NCBI GenBank assembly: GCA_947085855.1
Contig: CAMTYB010000001.1
Coordinates: 405,788 to 469,787, forward strand
DNA from: an uncultured Candidatus Saccharibacteria bacterium
GTDB lineage: Bacteria; Patescibacteriota; Saccharimonadia; Saccharimonadales; 2-12-FULL-41-12
Direction: 5' to 3'
DNA length: 64,000 bases
Shown: positions 18,652 through 27,784 of the stretch, one piece after another
Layout of the letters: every line of letters begins with the position of its first letter
Numbering within the stretch: position 1 is the stretch's first letter
The notes under the pieces: model-generated
What the model was told of the DNA's origin: nothing
Seen by the model: only the letters and a program-made list of their open reading frames with translations
Databases searched by the model: none
Translations under genes and position numbers: made by a program

Positions 18652-20725
18652 CGCGCATTTTCGCAAAGCGTTGCTGCATTTCCTGAGCTTCTTGCTCGGG
18701 ATTTTTTTGTGGCGCAACATTCGCAGTCGGGGCACTGCCCTTTTTGCCGCCACCTTGCCGAGAACCAACTACGTTAACTACCGGGATAACGATTGGACTG
18801 CGGCCGGTTTGTTCATATAGGAAGTGAGTAATGTGTTCTTTGAGTTCAAGTTTGAAACGATCTAGATCAACCCGCTTAAAGCGCTGAGCGACGGCTCGCT
18901 TAAGCTCTGTGCGGAACTCGTTCATCAACTCTTCTTGACCCTTCATATAGATAAAGCCACGACTGATAATATCCGGGCTCGTCATCAGCTGAGCAGATTT
19001 TTTATCAATTGTCAGGACAACTGCTACCAGACCTTCGTTACTCAACATCAAGCGATCCTTGACCACGACATTACTCACGATAGCGCCGGTTTGGTCAATC
19101 AAGACAGTACCGTGTGGCACCTTGCCAATGATCTCCATTTTGTCTGGCGTAAAGGCAATGATGTCGCCGTTGTCGGCATTTAAGGTGTGTGATCGAGGAA
19201 TGCCTTCTTCTACAGCAATCTCGATGTGTTGACGCTTAGCCGTAAAGTCACCGTAAACTGGCAAGAAGAACTTTGGCTTGGTCATGTTGATCATGTCGCG
19301 GTATTCTTCGACACTGGCGTGACCAGATACGTGTAGTGGTCCGCACCCATCAATTTCACGGGATTCGTGACGGAAAATGTGCACACCTTTACGATGGAAA
19401 TCATCTACCATCGAGCGAACTTTGGCATCGTTGCCGGTGTACGGAATTGGCGTACTCGACAAGATAACGGTATCTTGTTCCTTTAGTTTAACGTGACGGT
19501 GTTCGCCATTACTCATACGCTGCAAAGCTGAGCTTGGCTCACCCTGTGAACCAGTACAGATAACAACTGCTTCATGATCTTTTACGGTATTAATGCTGGC
19601 AATCGGCACAAAAGTACCCTTTGGAATCTTCACAAAGCCGTTACGGACAGCCATTTCGAGTGTACTAACCATGCTGCGACCATCCATCACAACCTTGCGA
19701 TTGTGGTGTACGGCTGCGTTGACGATCATCTGAACGCGGTTCATGTTGGTGCTAAACAAGCCTACAAAGATCCGGCCAGGCGCATTATCCATAATGTCGA
19801 TGAAGCTTTGTTCAATAGTCGATTCTGATGGCGTGCGACCCGGTCGTTCTGTTGTAGTACTTTCACTGAGCAGGGCCAAAACACCTTCTTTACCAAGTTC
19901 AATAAAGCGCTCGGTATCGGTTCGTTCGTGGTCGAGCGGATTAGGGTCCAAACGGAAGTCACCGGTGTTGATGAGGCGACCGACTGGAGTGTCGACAACA
20001 ATCGCAGTACTGCCTGGGATAGAGTGCGTTACACGTATAAGTTCGATGAAGAATTCACCGACTTTAAGTCGTTCGTGAGTATTTTCGTTCATGATAACTG
20101 TCTTGAGCTCAAAGCCTTCCGGCATTGGCAAGCCAAAGTTATTGAAAATCTCTTCGACGCGACCAATCGTAAAGCGACTACCGTATACCGGCGCTGGGTA
20201 CAGCGGCAAGATATGCGGCAGGCCACCGATGTGGTCCAAGTGACCATGTGTGATCACATAGCCCTTCAATTTATGCTTAATGGAGTCAAGGTAGGCTACG
20301 TCAGCCACACCATAGTTAATGCCTGGTAAGTCGACGCCAAGGTCGCTACCGCAGTCCATAATGATGGCATCGTTTTTATACTCAACCAGGATGGTGTTCT
20401 TTGAACCACCACCGTCGAGGCCACCAAGTCCGATGACTTTGAGGCGTGGACTGTCGTCAATGAAGTTGGCGCGTACTTTTGCGTCGCCATTGGTACTCGC
20501 CTCGGCAGTTAAGTATTGGCTCGCGATGCGGTGAGCATCGTCACTGGCTCGACGTTGAGCGCGGATAGCAGCTCCACGACTAACCGTGCGTCCATTGCCG
20601 TTGCCAGAGTTGGCTTTGCCATTCTTAGCATTCGGTCGTTTACCGGCAGGGCCATTGCCTTTGCCTTTTTTATTAGCAGCGGGTTGGTCAGCAGGTTTAT
20701 GCTGTTCTTTCGGTTGCTGTGTCAT
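18617..20725 (-). CDS. rnj: ribonuclease J (metallo-beta-lactamase/beta-CASP)
   Basis: HGHLDHIGG motif and beta-CASP region. The start was trimmed to ATG 20725 (MTQQPKEQ...), and the N-terminal ~90 aa are Lys/Gly/Asn-rich. Confidence 0.9.
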   Translation of the reverse strand: MTQQPKEQHKPADQPAANKKGKGNGPAGKRPNAKNGKANSGNGNGRTVSRGAAIRAQRRASDDAHRIASQYLTAEASTNGDAKVRANFIDDSPRLKVIGLGGLDGGGSKNTILVEYKNDAIIMDCGSDLGVDLPGINYGVADVAYLDSIKHKLKGYVITHGHLDHIGGLPHILPLYPAPVYGSRFTIGRVEEIFNNFGLPMPEGFELKTVIMNENTHERLKVGEFFIELIRVTHSIPGSTAIVVDTPVGRLINTGDFRLDPNPLDHERTDTERFIELGKEGVLALLSESTTTERPGRTPSESTIEQSFIDIMDNAPGRIFVGLFSTNMNRVQMIVNAAVHHNRKVVMDGRSMVSTLEMAVRNGFVKIPKGTFVPIASINTVKDHEAVVICTGSQGEPSSALQRMSNGEHRHVKLKEQDTVILSSTPIPYTGNDAKVRSMVDDFHRKGVHIFRHESREIDGCGPLHVSGHASVEEYRDMINMTKPKFFLPVYGDFTAKRQHIEIAVEEGIPRSHTLNADNGDIIAFTPDKMEIIGKVPHGTVLIDQTGAIVSNVVVKDRLMLSNEGLVAVVLTIDKKSAQLMTSPDIISRGFIYMKGQEELMNEFRTELKRAVAQRFKRVDLDRFKLELKEHITHFLYEQTGRSPIVIPVVNVVGSRQGGGKKGSAPTANVAPQKNPEQEAQEMQQRFAKMRAKLLNQDARVD

Positions 20726-20753
20726 ATAATTTATTCCTTTTATAGTTATTTTC

Positions 20754-21347
20754 TTAATAATTGCTGAGTTGCTGGAGTACACTTGGGATGCCGGCAAAAT
20801 CTTCCAGTAAGGTTGCTCTAAGATCCCCGTTGTACAGTGCTGCAGCTGGATGATACAGCGGCATGATAACGATTTTGCCATCACCAAATGCGACGCGTTT
20901 AGGTTGTCCATGTATCTGAGTAATTTTCTTGTCTGGCAAGAAGTACTCCATGCTATGACGACCTAAGGTCACAATGATGCGTGGCTGAATAATCTGTAGT
21001 TCTTCGATCAGAACGGGCCAAAAGGCCTTTTTTTCATCTGGTCGAGGATCCCGATTATTCGGTGGTCGGTACTTCACAATGTTGGTAATGTAAACATCGT
21101 TGCGTACTAGATCGACTTCCGCCAACATCTCATCGAGGAATTTACCGGCGGCACCGACGAATGGTATGCCCTGCAAATCCTCATTTTTACCCGGCGCCTC
21201 GCCTATAAAGACGATATCGGCGGTCGGGTTGCCGTGGCCCATGACGAGCTGAGTAGCTGACTCGGCCAACTCTGCACAGATATTTTGCTCAATAATATCT
21301 GTCTTAAGTTGGGCAAGTTGAGCCTGATTACTTTTTTGATCTACCAC
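20754..21347 (-). CDS. uracil-DNA glycosylase, family 4
   Basis: [27 protein letters not shown] and the HPAAALYN motif near the C-terminus. Confidence 0.85.
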   Translation of the reverse strand: MVDQKSNQAQLAQLKTDIIEQNICAELAESATQLVMGHGNPTADIVFIGEAPGKNEDLQGIPFVGAAGKFLDEMLAEVDLVRNDVYITNIVKYRPPNNRDPRPDEKKAFWPVLIEELQIIQPRIIVTLGRHSMEYFLPDKKITQIHGQPKRVAFGDGKIVIMPLYHPAAALYNGDLRATLLEDFAGIPSVLQQLSNY

Positions 21348-21597
21348 GCGTTCCCTTTTTGGCTGATTTGGATTTGGAAGTAGTACGAGTTTTTTTGGCT
21401 GGAGACGACATAAAAATGAGTGCTTTGATAAGGTTCATTATGCCACCAATCACCAGCACAACGCTAGCGACATAGGCAAACAAATTAGCGGTATCGATAG
21501 CGATAGATATGAATAGATACGCGAACAGCAACTCGCCCACGCCGAATACGAGGTAACCTCGTCGAGTTTTATGAAATGTTTCGAGTTGCTCTAACAT
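21328..21597 (-). CDS. small membrane protein (89 aa) with a basic Ser/Lys tail
   Basis: Two hydrophobic helices followed by ...[26 protein letters not shown]. Confidence 0.5.
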   Translation of the reverse strand: MLEQLETFHKTRRGYLVFGVGELLFAYLFISIAIDTANLFAYVASVVLVIGGIMNLIKALIFMSSPAKKTRTTSKSKSAKKGTRGRSKK

Positions 21598-21620
21598 ACT
21601 ATTTCCCTACCTCACCTAGC

Positions 21621-23765
21621 TTAACTTTGTTTGGCCTCGTTACGTTCGCGAGCTACTGCTTTCATACTGAGCTGCAAACGTCCACGGTCATCAATGGCAA
21701 CCAATTTAACGGTCACTTTGTCGCCTTCTTTTACTACATCGCCTGGTTTATCGACACGCTCTTCCTTCATCTCGCTAACGTGCACCAAGCCCTCTTTTCC
21801 TGGCATGATTTCTACAAAAGCACCGAAGTCGAGCACACTGACCACGCGACAATTTTCATAAATAGTACCGACTTCTGGCTCAGCCGTAATAGTTTTTACC
21901 CACTGGATAGCTGCATCAATACTCTTCTTGTCTGGACTTGCGATCATCACTATTCCATCATCTTTGATGTCAATTTCGGCACCGGTTTCGGCAATAATCC
22001 TGTTGATCATTTCACCGCCTTTACCGATCACTTCGCGAATCTTGTCTGGATTGATTTGAATTGATTCAACTCGAGGTGCAAATGGACTCAACTCGGCTTT
22101 TGGACGTTGCAGTGTCGTCAGCATATGGTCCAAAATATGAACTCGGCCATCTTTGCCTTGCATCAAGGCTTGTTTCAATACGTCCACTGGCAAACCATGA
22201 ACCTTCATATCCATCTGTAAAGCAGTAATACCCTTACGAGTACCGGTTACCTTAAAGTCCATATCACCAGCGAAGTCTTCGGCATCAGCAATGTCGCTGA
22301 GCACAATCGGCCGATCACCGTCCATCATCAACCCCATAGCAATACCACTAACGGGCGCCTTGAGAGGCACACCGGCGTCCATCAGGGCAAGCACTGCTGA
22401 ACAGGTAGCAGCCATACTGGTGCTGCCGTTCTGGCTCATAATCTCAGTAACTGATCGAATCATATACGGGAATTCAGCTTCAGTCGGCAGAACCGGCTCT
22501 ACGGCACGCTCAGCTAAGTAACCGTGTCCGATTTCACGACGACCTGGACTACCGAGTCGTTTGACTTCACCAACGGTGTAGCCAGGAGCATTGTAATGGT
22601 GCAGATAGCGTCGTTCGCCTTCCCGTTCCATGGTGTCTACGAGCTGTACGTAGCTCAGAGGCGCCAGTGTGACGACGTTAAGTGCCTGTGTCATACCGCG
22701 AGTAAATAAGCTTGAACCGTGCGTTCGTGGCAAGAAGCCGACTTCGCTCGATAGCTGTCGAATTTCAGTCGTCTTGCGACCGTCCGGACGGATATTGTCT
22801 TCGACAATGCCCTTACGCACATCTTTGTGGAGTGCCAAGGTAAAGGCTTCGTCATATTCGCGGCGGCTTGGGCCAGCTTCGTTATCGATCTTGTCGGCAA
22901 AAGCTTCTTCCATTTGTGACCGCAAGTCGCGGATCATTTCATTACGTTCTGGATACGGTTGTCGCAAGACTTCACCGAGTTTACCATCTACCCAGGCGTC
23001 AACTTCGGCTTGGATACTATCGTCTGGCAGAACCAACTTGTATTCTTGCTTCTTGATATCAAGCTTAGCAACCAATTCATTCTGAAGCTCGATGGCAGGC
23101 TGCATAGCCTTGTAGGCATAATCGAGTGCAGCTACCACTTGTTCTTCATCGACTTCTTGGGCACCGGCTTCTACCATCATGATGCCAGCCTTGGTACCGG
23201 CTACAACGAGGTCAAGATTACCGTTTCTCAGGGCTTCTGGAGTCATGAATGACTCAAAGTCACCCTTATCATTAACACCAACGCGCAAGCCAGCTACCGG
23301 GCCGTCAAACGGCGCACCGGTCAACATAAAGGCTGTGCTCATAGCGATCATGGCGATCATGTCCGGTCGAAAGGCTGGATCCATGCTTAATACAGTTGCT
23401 ACACCCTGCACTTCGTGCCGGTATCCTTTTGGCCACAGTGGCCTAATAGGGCGATCAATCAATCGACCAATCAAAATGGCGTCGTCGCTCGGGCGGCCTT
23501 CACGCTTGATGAAACGGCTGCCGCTAACCTTACCGGCTGCATACATTTTTTCTTCGTAATCAATGCTGAGTGGAAAATAATCAAAATCTTCTAGGGTTTT
23601 TGAGCCAACCATAGCTGTGCCAAGCACGACGGTATCGCCATATTTCACTAAGACACTTGAGGTGCTACGAAAGCCAACACGGTTAACTTCTAAAGTAAGG
23701 GTGCGACCACAATACTCAGTACTTACACTGATGATTTCTTGGCCGAATGGGTTAATTGTAGACAA
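21621..23765 (-). CDS. pnp: polyribonucleotide nucleotidyltransferase (PNPase)
   Basis: 714 aa with two RNase PH domains, KH (GKGGEMINRI) and S1 (VVSVLDFGAFVEIMPGKEGLVHVSE). Confidence 0.95.
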   Translation of the reverse strand: MSTINPFGQEIISVSTEYCGRTLTLEVNRVGFRSTSSVLVKYGDTVVLGTAMVGSKTLEDFDYFPLSIDYEEKMYAAGKVSGSRFIKREGRPSDDAILIGRLIDRPIRPLWPKGYRHEVQGVATVLSMDPAFRPDMIAMIAMSTAFMLTGAPFDGPVAGLRVGVNDKGDFESFMTPEALRNGNLDLVVAGTKAGIMMVEAGAQEVDEEQVVAALDYAYKAMQPAIELQNELVAKLDIKKQEYKLVLPDDSIQAEVDAWVDGKLGEVLRQPYPERNEMIRDLRSQMEEAFADKIDNEAGPSRREYDEAFTLALHKDVRKGIVEDNIRPDGRKTTEIRQLSSEVGFLPRTHGSSLFTRGMTQALNVVTLAPLSYVQLVDTMEREGERRYLHHYNAPGYTVGEVKRLGSPGRREIGHGYLAERAVEPVLPTEAEFPYMIRSVTEIMSQNGSTSMAATCSAVLALMDAGVPLKAPVSGIAMGLMMDGDRPIVLSDIADAEDFAGDMDFKVTGTRKGITALQMDMKVHGLPVDVLKQALMQGKDGRVHILDHMLTTLQRPKAELSPFAPRVESIQINPDKIREVIGKGGEMINRIIAETGAEIDIKDDGIVMIASPDKKSIDAAIQWVKTITAEPEVGTIYENCRVVSVLDFGAFVEIMPGKEGLVHVSEMKEERVDKPGDVVKEGDKVTVKLVAIDDRGRLQLSMKAVARERNEAKQS

Positions 23766-23968
23766 ATTTTCTCCTTTTAGTCGTCATCTCGATTCAGATA
23801 TACAGATAATGTATGCAGTATAGCTGTGTACCGACACGACGACTGATTATTAATTGTTACTCATTGATAATTATAATGAATTGCGCCCGTTCCGAGAACT
23901 AGCAAATTTGGAAGCGGACCTCGTTGAGCTGCTAGATGATGCGCACATCATGCGCACCTGTCCAATAG

Positions 23969-24235
23969 CTAACGGCGAATGCCGAGCTTCTTGACCAAGT
24001 CAAGGTAACGCTGGCTATTCTGCTCTGATAGGTAGCGAAGCAATCGCTTTCGCTTACCGACCATCTGAAGTAAACCACGACGAGCCATGTGGTCTTTCTT
24101 GTTTACTTTCAGGTGTTCGGTTAGTTCCTGAATTCGGGCAGTCAAAATACCAACTTGCGCAGCCGGATCACCGGTGTTCTTCGCATCTTTGGCCAAATCA
24201 ACCACTATTGATTGTTTTTTCTCACTTGTAACCAT
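23969..24235 (-). CDS. rpsO: 30S ribosomal protein S15
   Basis: 88 aa with ...GILTARIQELTEHLKVNKKDHMARRGLLQMVGKRKRLLRYL. Confidence 0.95.
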   Translation of the reverse strand: MVTSEKKQSIVVDLAKDAKNTGDPAAQVGILTARIQELTEHLKVNKKDHMARRGLLQMVGKRKRLLRYLSEQNSQRYLDLVKKLGIRR

Positions 24236-24244
24236 GTAAACTAT

Positions 24245-24273
24245 ACTTTAGCACATCTGTTAGCATGGTGCAA
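24245..24273 (-). promoter_or_regulatory. candidate rpsO promoter (TTGCAC-17-TGcTAAAGT), implying a leaderless or near-leaderless mRNA
   Basis: The -10 element ends 9 nt before the ATG at 24235, and no SD lies between them. Confidence 0.4.
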
Positions 24274-24436
24274 CCCGCTGTACCAAAATTACTCCTGTAA
24301 TTAAGAAAGATTTAAGATTGTAGCAATCGCTATAACCTGACTGAACATACATTATATCAAATATTATTGAATTTGTCAATATCACTACCGAAATGCCAGA
24401 CAAGGATAAGAAGTTATAGGTTATACTTTTAAATAT

Positions 24437-24793
24437 ATGGGTAACTCTGATAGTCAAGTTAAGCAGTTTACAAAAAACATGTCTCGGGTGCATGCCCAAA
24501 ATCCAATTAACGAGGCTGAATTTTTATACCTCTGTAAAGAAGCTGTGGACTTGGTGCGCATAGAATGGGATGACAGAGAAATTATTGCTAATCGCATAAC
24601 TCATATATGGCATCGACACTCCGATCAGTTAAGTGATCGAGCAAAATACATAGGCGGCTTGTTTGCAGATTTGGAAGTACCTGATAATTTTGTCGAGCAA
24701 TCGCCGAAAAGTAAGTCGGTTATTGATCTGTGGAATGAGCTAGATAAGACAGTGATGTTGGCCATACATGACTTTCAAACAAAACATAATTAA
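24437..24793 (+). CDS. hypothetical helical protein (118 aa)
   Basis: ORF in an AT-rich islet. Its stop codon abuts the stop of the convergent gene 24794..25321. Confidence 0.5.
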   Translation: MGNSDSQVKQFTKNMSRVHAQNPINEAEFLYLCKEAVDLVRIEWDDREIIANRITHIWHRHSDQLSDRAKYIGGLFADLEVPDNFVEQSPKSKSVIDLWNELDKTVMLAIHDFQTKHN

Positions 24794-25321
24794 TTACTCA
24801 AAAGTATAACGATTTGAAGTATCCCGCTTATAAGGCTCGTAGGGATCTTCCTTGTTCATATTTACAATTACTTGGTCGTCAAGATCACGCACGTACTCTG
24901 CATTAACTCCATCATTAGTTATGATTTCTCTGTGATTATAAGGATCAGGGTCGCCTGTCCCGTCCCAGATAACTCGCATGCGGTCACCATCTTGTTTTAT
25001 TCTTGCCGGTTCTCCGTCAATAGTCCCTTTTTCTTCCCATCTTTCAGCAAGAGGTTTCCACTTTACGTTCGTTTCCGCTTCGACTACCTCTCTTACTATC
25101 TTAGTAATTGCCTTGGGCGGGAGTGAGACTGGCTCAGAATTAGCTCCTGCCAGAAAGGGAGGTGTTGAAGATCCATGCCATCCTCCACAGTACGGACACC
25201 AAAAGTGATTCAACGCATGTTTGCTTACATCAACTTCGTATGAGATTTTGGGCAGCTTTTCTGGGAAAGCTTTTACGCCTTTGACATATTCTTGAGAAGG
25301 TTCTTGTTCTCTGTTTTTCAT
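24794..25321 (-). CDS. hypothetical protein (175 aa) with an HFWCPYCGGWH Cys/His motif
   Basis: The start overlaps the stop of the upstream metallopeptidase gene by 4 nt, a pattern of translational coupling. Confidence 0.6.
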   Translation of the reverse strand: MKNREQEPSQEYVKGVKAFPEKLPKISYEVDVSKHALNHFWCPYCGGWHGSSTPPFLAGANSEPVSLPPKAITKIVREVVEAETNVKWKPLAERWEEKGTIDGEPARIKQDGDRMRVIWDGTGDPDPYNHREIITNDGVNAEYVRDLDDQVIVNMNKEDPYEPYKRDTSNRYTFE

Positions 25322-26343
25322 AAGCCCACCTCTTTTTTAACCAAATTATTTATTGCATCCGCTGCAACTAACGACTCTGTTAGATCATGAGAGTTGGTGC
25401 TGTCCAATGCATTGAAAAGTCCTGGATTAAGTGCATCGACTTTCTCTCTAAGTGCTTCGCGATTTTTAAACTTATCGATTTCATGAGTACGTGAGTCAAT
25501 AAAAATCTTCCAGATGTCTGGCGAATACTCAACAAGTCTCTCCATCGCCCAAGCGGCATAGCAGTAAGAACTCTGAGAAAACGCATGTCTAACTGGAAGA
25601 TTGACTACCGTTCTGCCATCAGCGGAGCGGAGCTCTGACCTAGTATCTTCTGCTATCCCTTCAAGATTAGTCCATAAGTACATATGAGCGCAAAGGGTTG
25701 CAAATCCCTCTTCAAAAAAGCCACCTTTATTCTTGAAGCCCCCGAGTCCGCATGGTGCAACATCACTAACTGCGCCGATGATCGCACCTTGAGGATCTTT
25801 ATTTAAAAAGAAATATACAGTGTCTGATGCGCCAGCTAAATGTACTAATTCATGAGCTGCTAACTGTTCTATGTATAATTCTTTACCGATGTATGGAACG
25901 GACGTAAGTGTTTTTGCTAGTTTTTCAGAGTACATAACAGCATTTTTATCAATTACGAAAGCTTGTCTATGAATACCGCTCATAATTCCTGGGGTTTGTA
26001 TGTGGTTTGGTTTTTCTGGATCATCCGACAGATTAAGACTGTTGACATAAGATAATTTACCAACAGGTCGAATTCCCAAATTTCCTAGGAACTTAGCTAT
26101 CCTATCCATATTGCTGATAGGCATCGACTCGCCAAAATTACGGTTTCTGAATCCTAGCATGAAATTGGCGACTCCAGACGTGACCTCAACGAGCATTTCC
26201 TCTGCCTGGTCATTTGGAAGAATATCATCAAAACTCAGTAGTTTGTATGATTCAAAATCTTTAACCGAGATACATTCTAATGAACGACCCAGCTCGTAAG
26301 GCTGATAAGGTACACTGCGACTGTACAGCTGCTCACCAATCAT
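25318..26343 (-). CDS. putative zinc metallopeptidase (HExxH ... EEGFA, gluzincin/peptidase-MA-like), no signal peptide
   Basis: AAHELVHL is encoded at 25840-25854 on the minus strand. FFEEGFATL lies about 43 aa downstream, like the NEGFA third-ligand motif of MA-clan peptidases. Confidence 0.6.
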   Translation of the reverse strand: MIGEQLYSRSVPYQPYELGRSLECISVKDFESYKLLSFDDILPNDQAEEMLVEVTSGVANFMLGFRNRNFGESMPISNMDRIAKFLGNLGIRPVGKLSYVNSLNLSDDPEKPNHIQTPGIMSGIHRQAFVIDKNAVMYSEKLAKTLTSVPYIGKELYIEQLAAHELVHLAGASDTVYFFLNKDPQGAIIGAVSDVAPCGLGGFKNKGGFFEEGFATLCAHMYLWTNLEGIAEDTRSELRSADGRTVVNLPVRHAFSQSSYCYAAWAMERLVEYSPDIWKIFIDSRTHEIDKFKNREALREKVDALNPGLFNALDSTNSHDLTESLVAADAINNLVKKEVGL

Positions 26344-26469
26344 ATGATCCTTATATCATGCCTTTGCTGAACATATCAACAAAGTTTAGTCATGACCTAC
26401 AACCGTTATGCTTGCTTCTTCCCTTTCAATTCAGTACCCTACATACGTACGATTAACAGAGGAGTCAGT

Positions 26470-27783
26470 GTGCCAGTAAATGTAGTTTTGGGCGAGCAAC
26501 GTGGAGATGAAGGCAAAGGTCGATACGTAGACATGTTAATGCCAGAACATGAAATTGGCGCCCGTTTTAACGGTGGTGCAAACGCTGGTCACACAATCGT
26601 CTGCGACAACGGTGAGGGCGAAGAAGAAGTTTACAAAGTCCATGGACTTCCGAGTTCAATCATTCACCCCCACGCCAAAAGCGTTATGGGACCTGGTGTA
26701 GTCATCGATGCTATCCGACTCTGCAAAGAAATAGATACTCTACAAAATCAAGGTGTCGAAATATCACCCAACAACCTCCTCATTAGCTCGGCAGCAAAGT
26801 TAATCCTCCCTACTGACGTTTCTGCTGACGAAATCCGTGAAGCTGGTAAAGGCGGTCAGGGTTCTACCAAATCAGGTATCGCTCAAGCCTACGCTGCCAA
26901 GGCTATGCGTGAAGGCTTGCAAGCTTCAGACTTTAAACATGGCTTGCACTATATTGCCGACGCTATCGTGGAGGGCCTGAACGATCAAGCAGACGACCGT
27001 GAAGACTATGACTTGCCAACCATTAACCCTAATGCGGCTGCTCGAGAATACTTGGCGGCTGCTCAACGGCTTGGCGATTTCGTAACCGACACAACCATTT
27101 TCTTACACCGAGAACTGCGTAAACCAAATCCGGCTCATGTTTTAGCTGAAGGCGCTCAAGCTACTTTGCTCGACATTGACCATGGCATGTACCCATTCAC
27201 CACCTCTTCAACAACCACTATTGGTGGTGTTATGACAGGATTAGGTATTCCGCCACAGTTTATTGACCGTACCTTAGGTGTTATCAAAGCTATGCCATCT
27301 CATGTTGGTGGTGGTCCATTTCTAACTGAAATTACTGATCAAGATTACTTAGACCAGCTTCACGGTGATAAAAGTACCGTGGATGCCGAGGTTGGCACGA
27401 CTACTGGTCGTACCCGCCGGCTTGGTTTCTTGGACTTAGTTCAGGTTAAACGAGCCCAGATGATCAATGGTACAACCGAGATCGGCCTTACCAAAGTAGA
27501 CTGGGTGCCACGCTATGGCGACGAAATACCGATTTGCGTTGGGTACTCTCGTAAGGGCAAGAATTACGACCTTGGCGTTGATGCCGCTTACAAATACGAC
27601 GAGTGCACGCCGCAATACGTAAATCTCAAGACGTGGAAGGAAGATATTTCAGACGTACGCAGCTTTGATGATTTACCTCGAAATGCCAAGCGCTACCTCA
27701 ACTTTATAGAGCGAGTCCTGCGCCGACCTATAACCTACATCGGAGTTGGCCCGGGTCGCGACCAAGTTATCGTCAAAAAGTAA
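26470..27783 (+). CDS. purA: adenylosuccinate synthase
   Basis: GDEGKGRYVD P-loop and GGANAGHT. The start was trimmed to GTG 26470, 6 nt after an agagga SD. Confidence 0.9.
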   Translation: MPVNVVLGEQRGDEGKGRYVDMLMPEHEIGARFNGGANAGHTIVCDNGEGEEEVYKVHGLPSSIIHPHAKSVMGPGVVIDAIRLCKEIDTLQNQGVEISPNNLLISSAAKLILPTDVSADEIREAGKGGQGSTKSGIAQAYAAKAMREGLQASDFKHGLHYIADAIVEGLNDQADDREDYDLPTINPNAAAREYLAAAQRLGDFVTDTTIFLHRELRKPNPAHVLAEGAQATLLDIDHGMYPFTTSSTTTIGGVMTGLGIPPQFIDRTLGVIKAMPSHVGGGPFLTEITDQDYLDQLHGDKSTVDAEVGTTTGRTRRLGFLDLVQVKRAQMINGTTEIGLTKVDWVPRYGDEIPICVGYSRKGKNYDLGVDAAYKYDECTPQYVNLKTWKEDISDVRSFDDLPRNAKRYLNFIERVLRRPITYIGVGPGRDQVIVKK

Positions 27784-27784
27784 C

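Noticed and set aside
21576-23823. Multiple + strand ORFs of 60-160 aa opposite pnp, and similar sets opposite MMPL, ftsK, rnj, polA, dnaG, groEL, murE and valS (for example 54403..54927 and 61711..62379).
   Set aside because: They are antisense shadow ORFs inside strongly supported genes. They have low-complexity Ser/Arg/Pro-rich products and no SD or promoter.
23870-23968. A duplicated ATGCGCAC and a 6-bp AT-rich stem between rpsO and pnp, considered as an rpsO terminator or pnp autoregulatory hairpin.
   Set aside because: The stem is short and weak with no U-tract. I cannot distinguish it from chance, although an RNase III/PNPase-type leader is known at this position in other bacteria.
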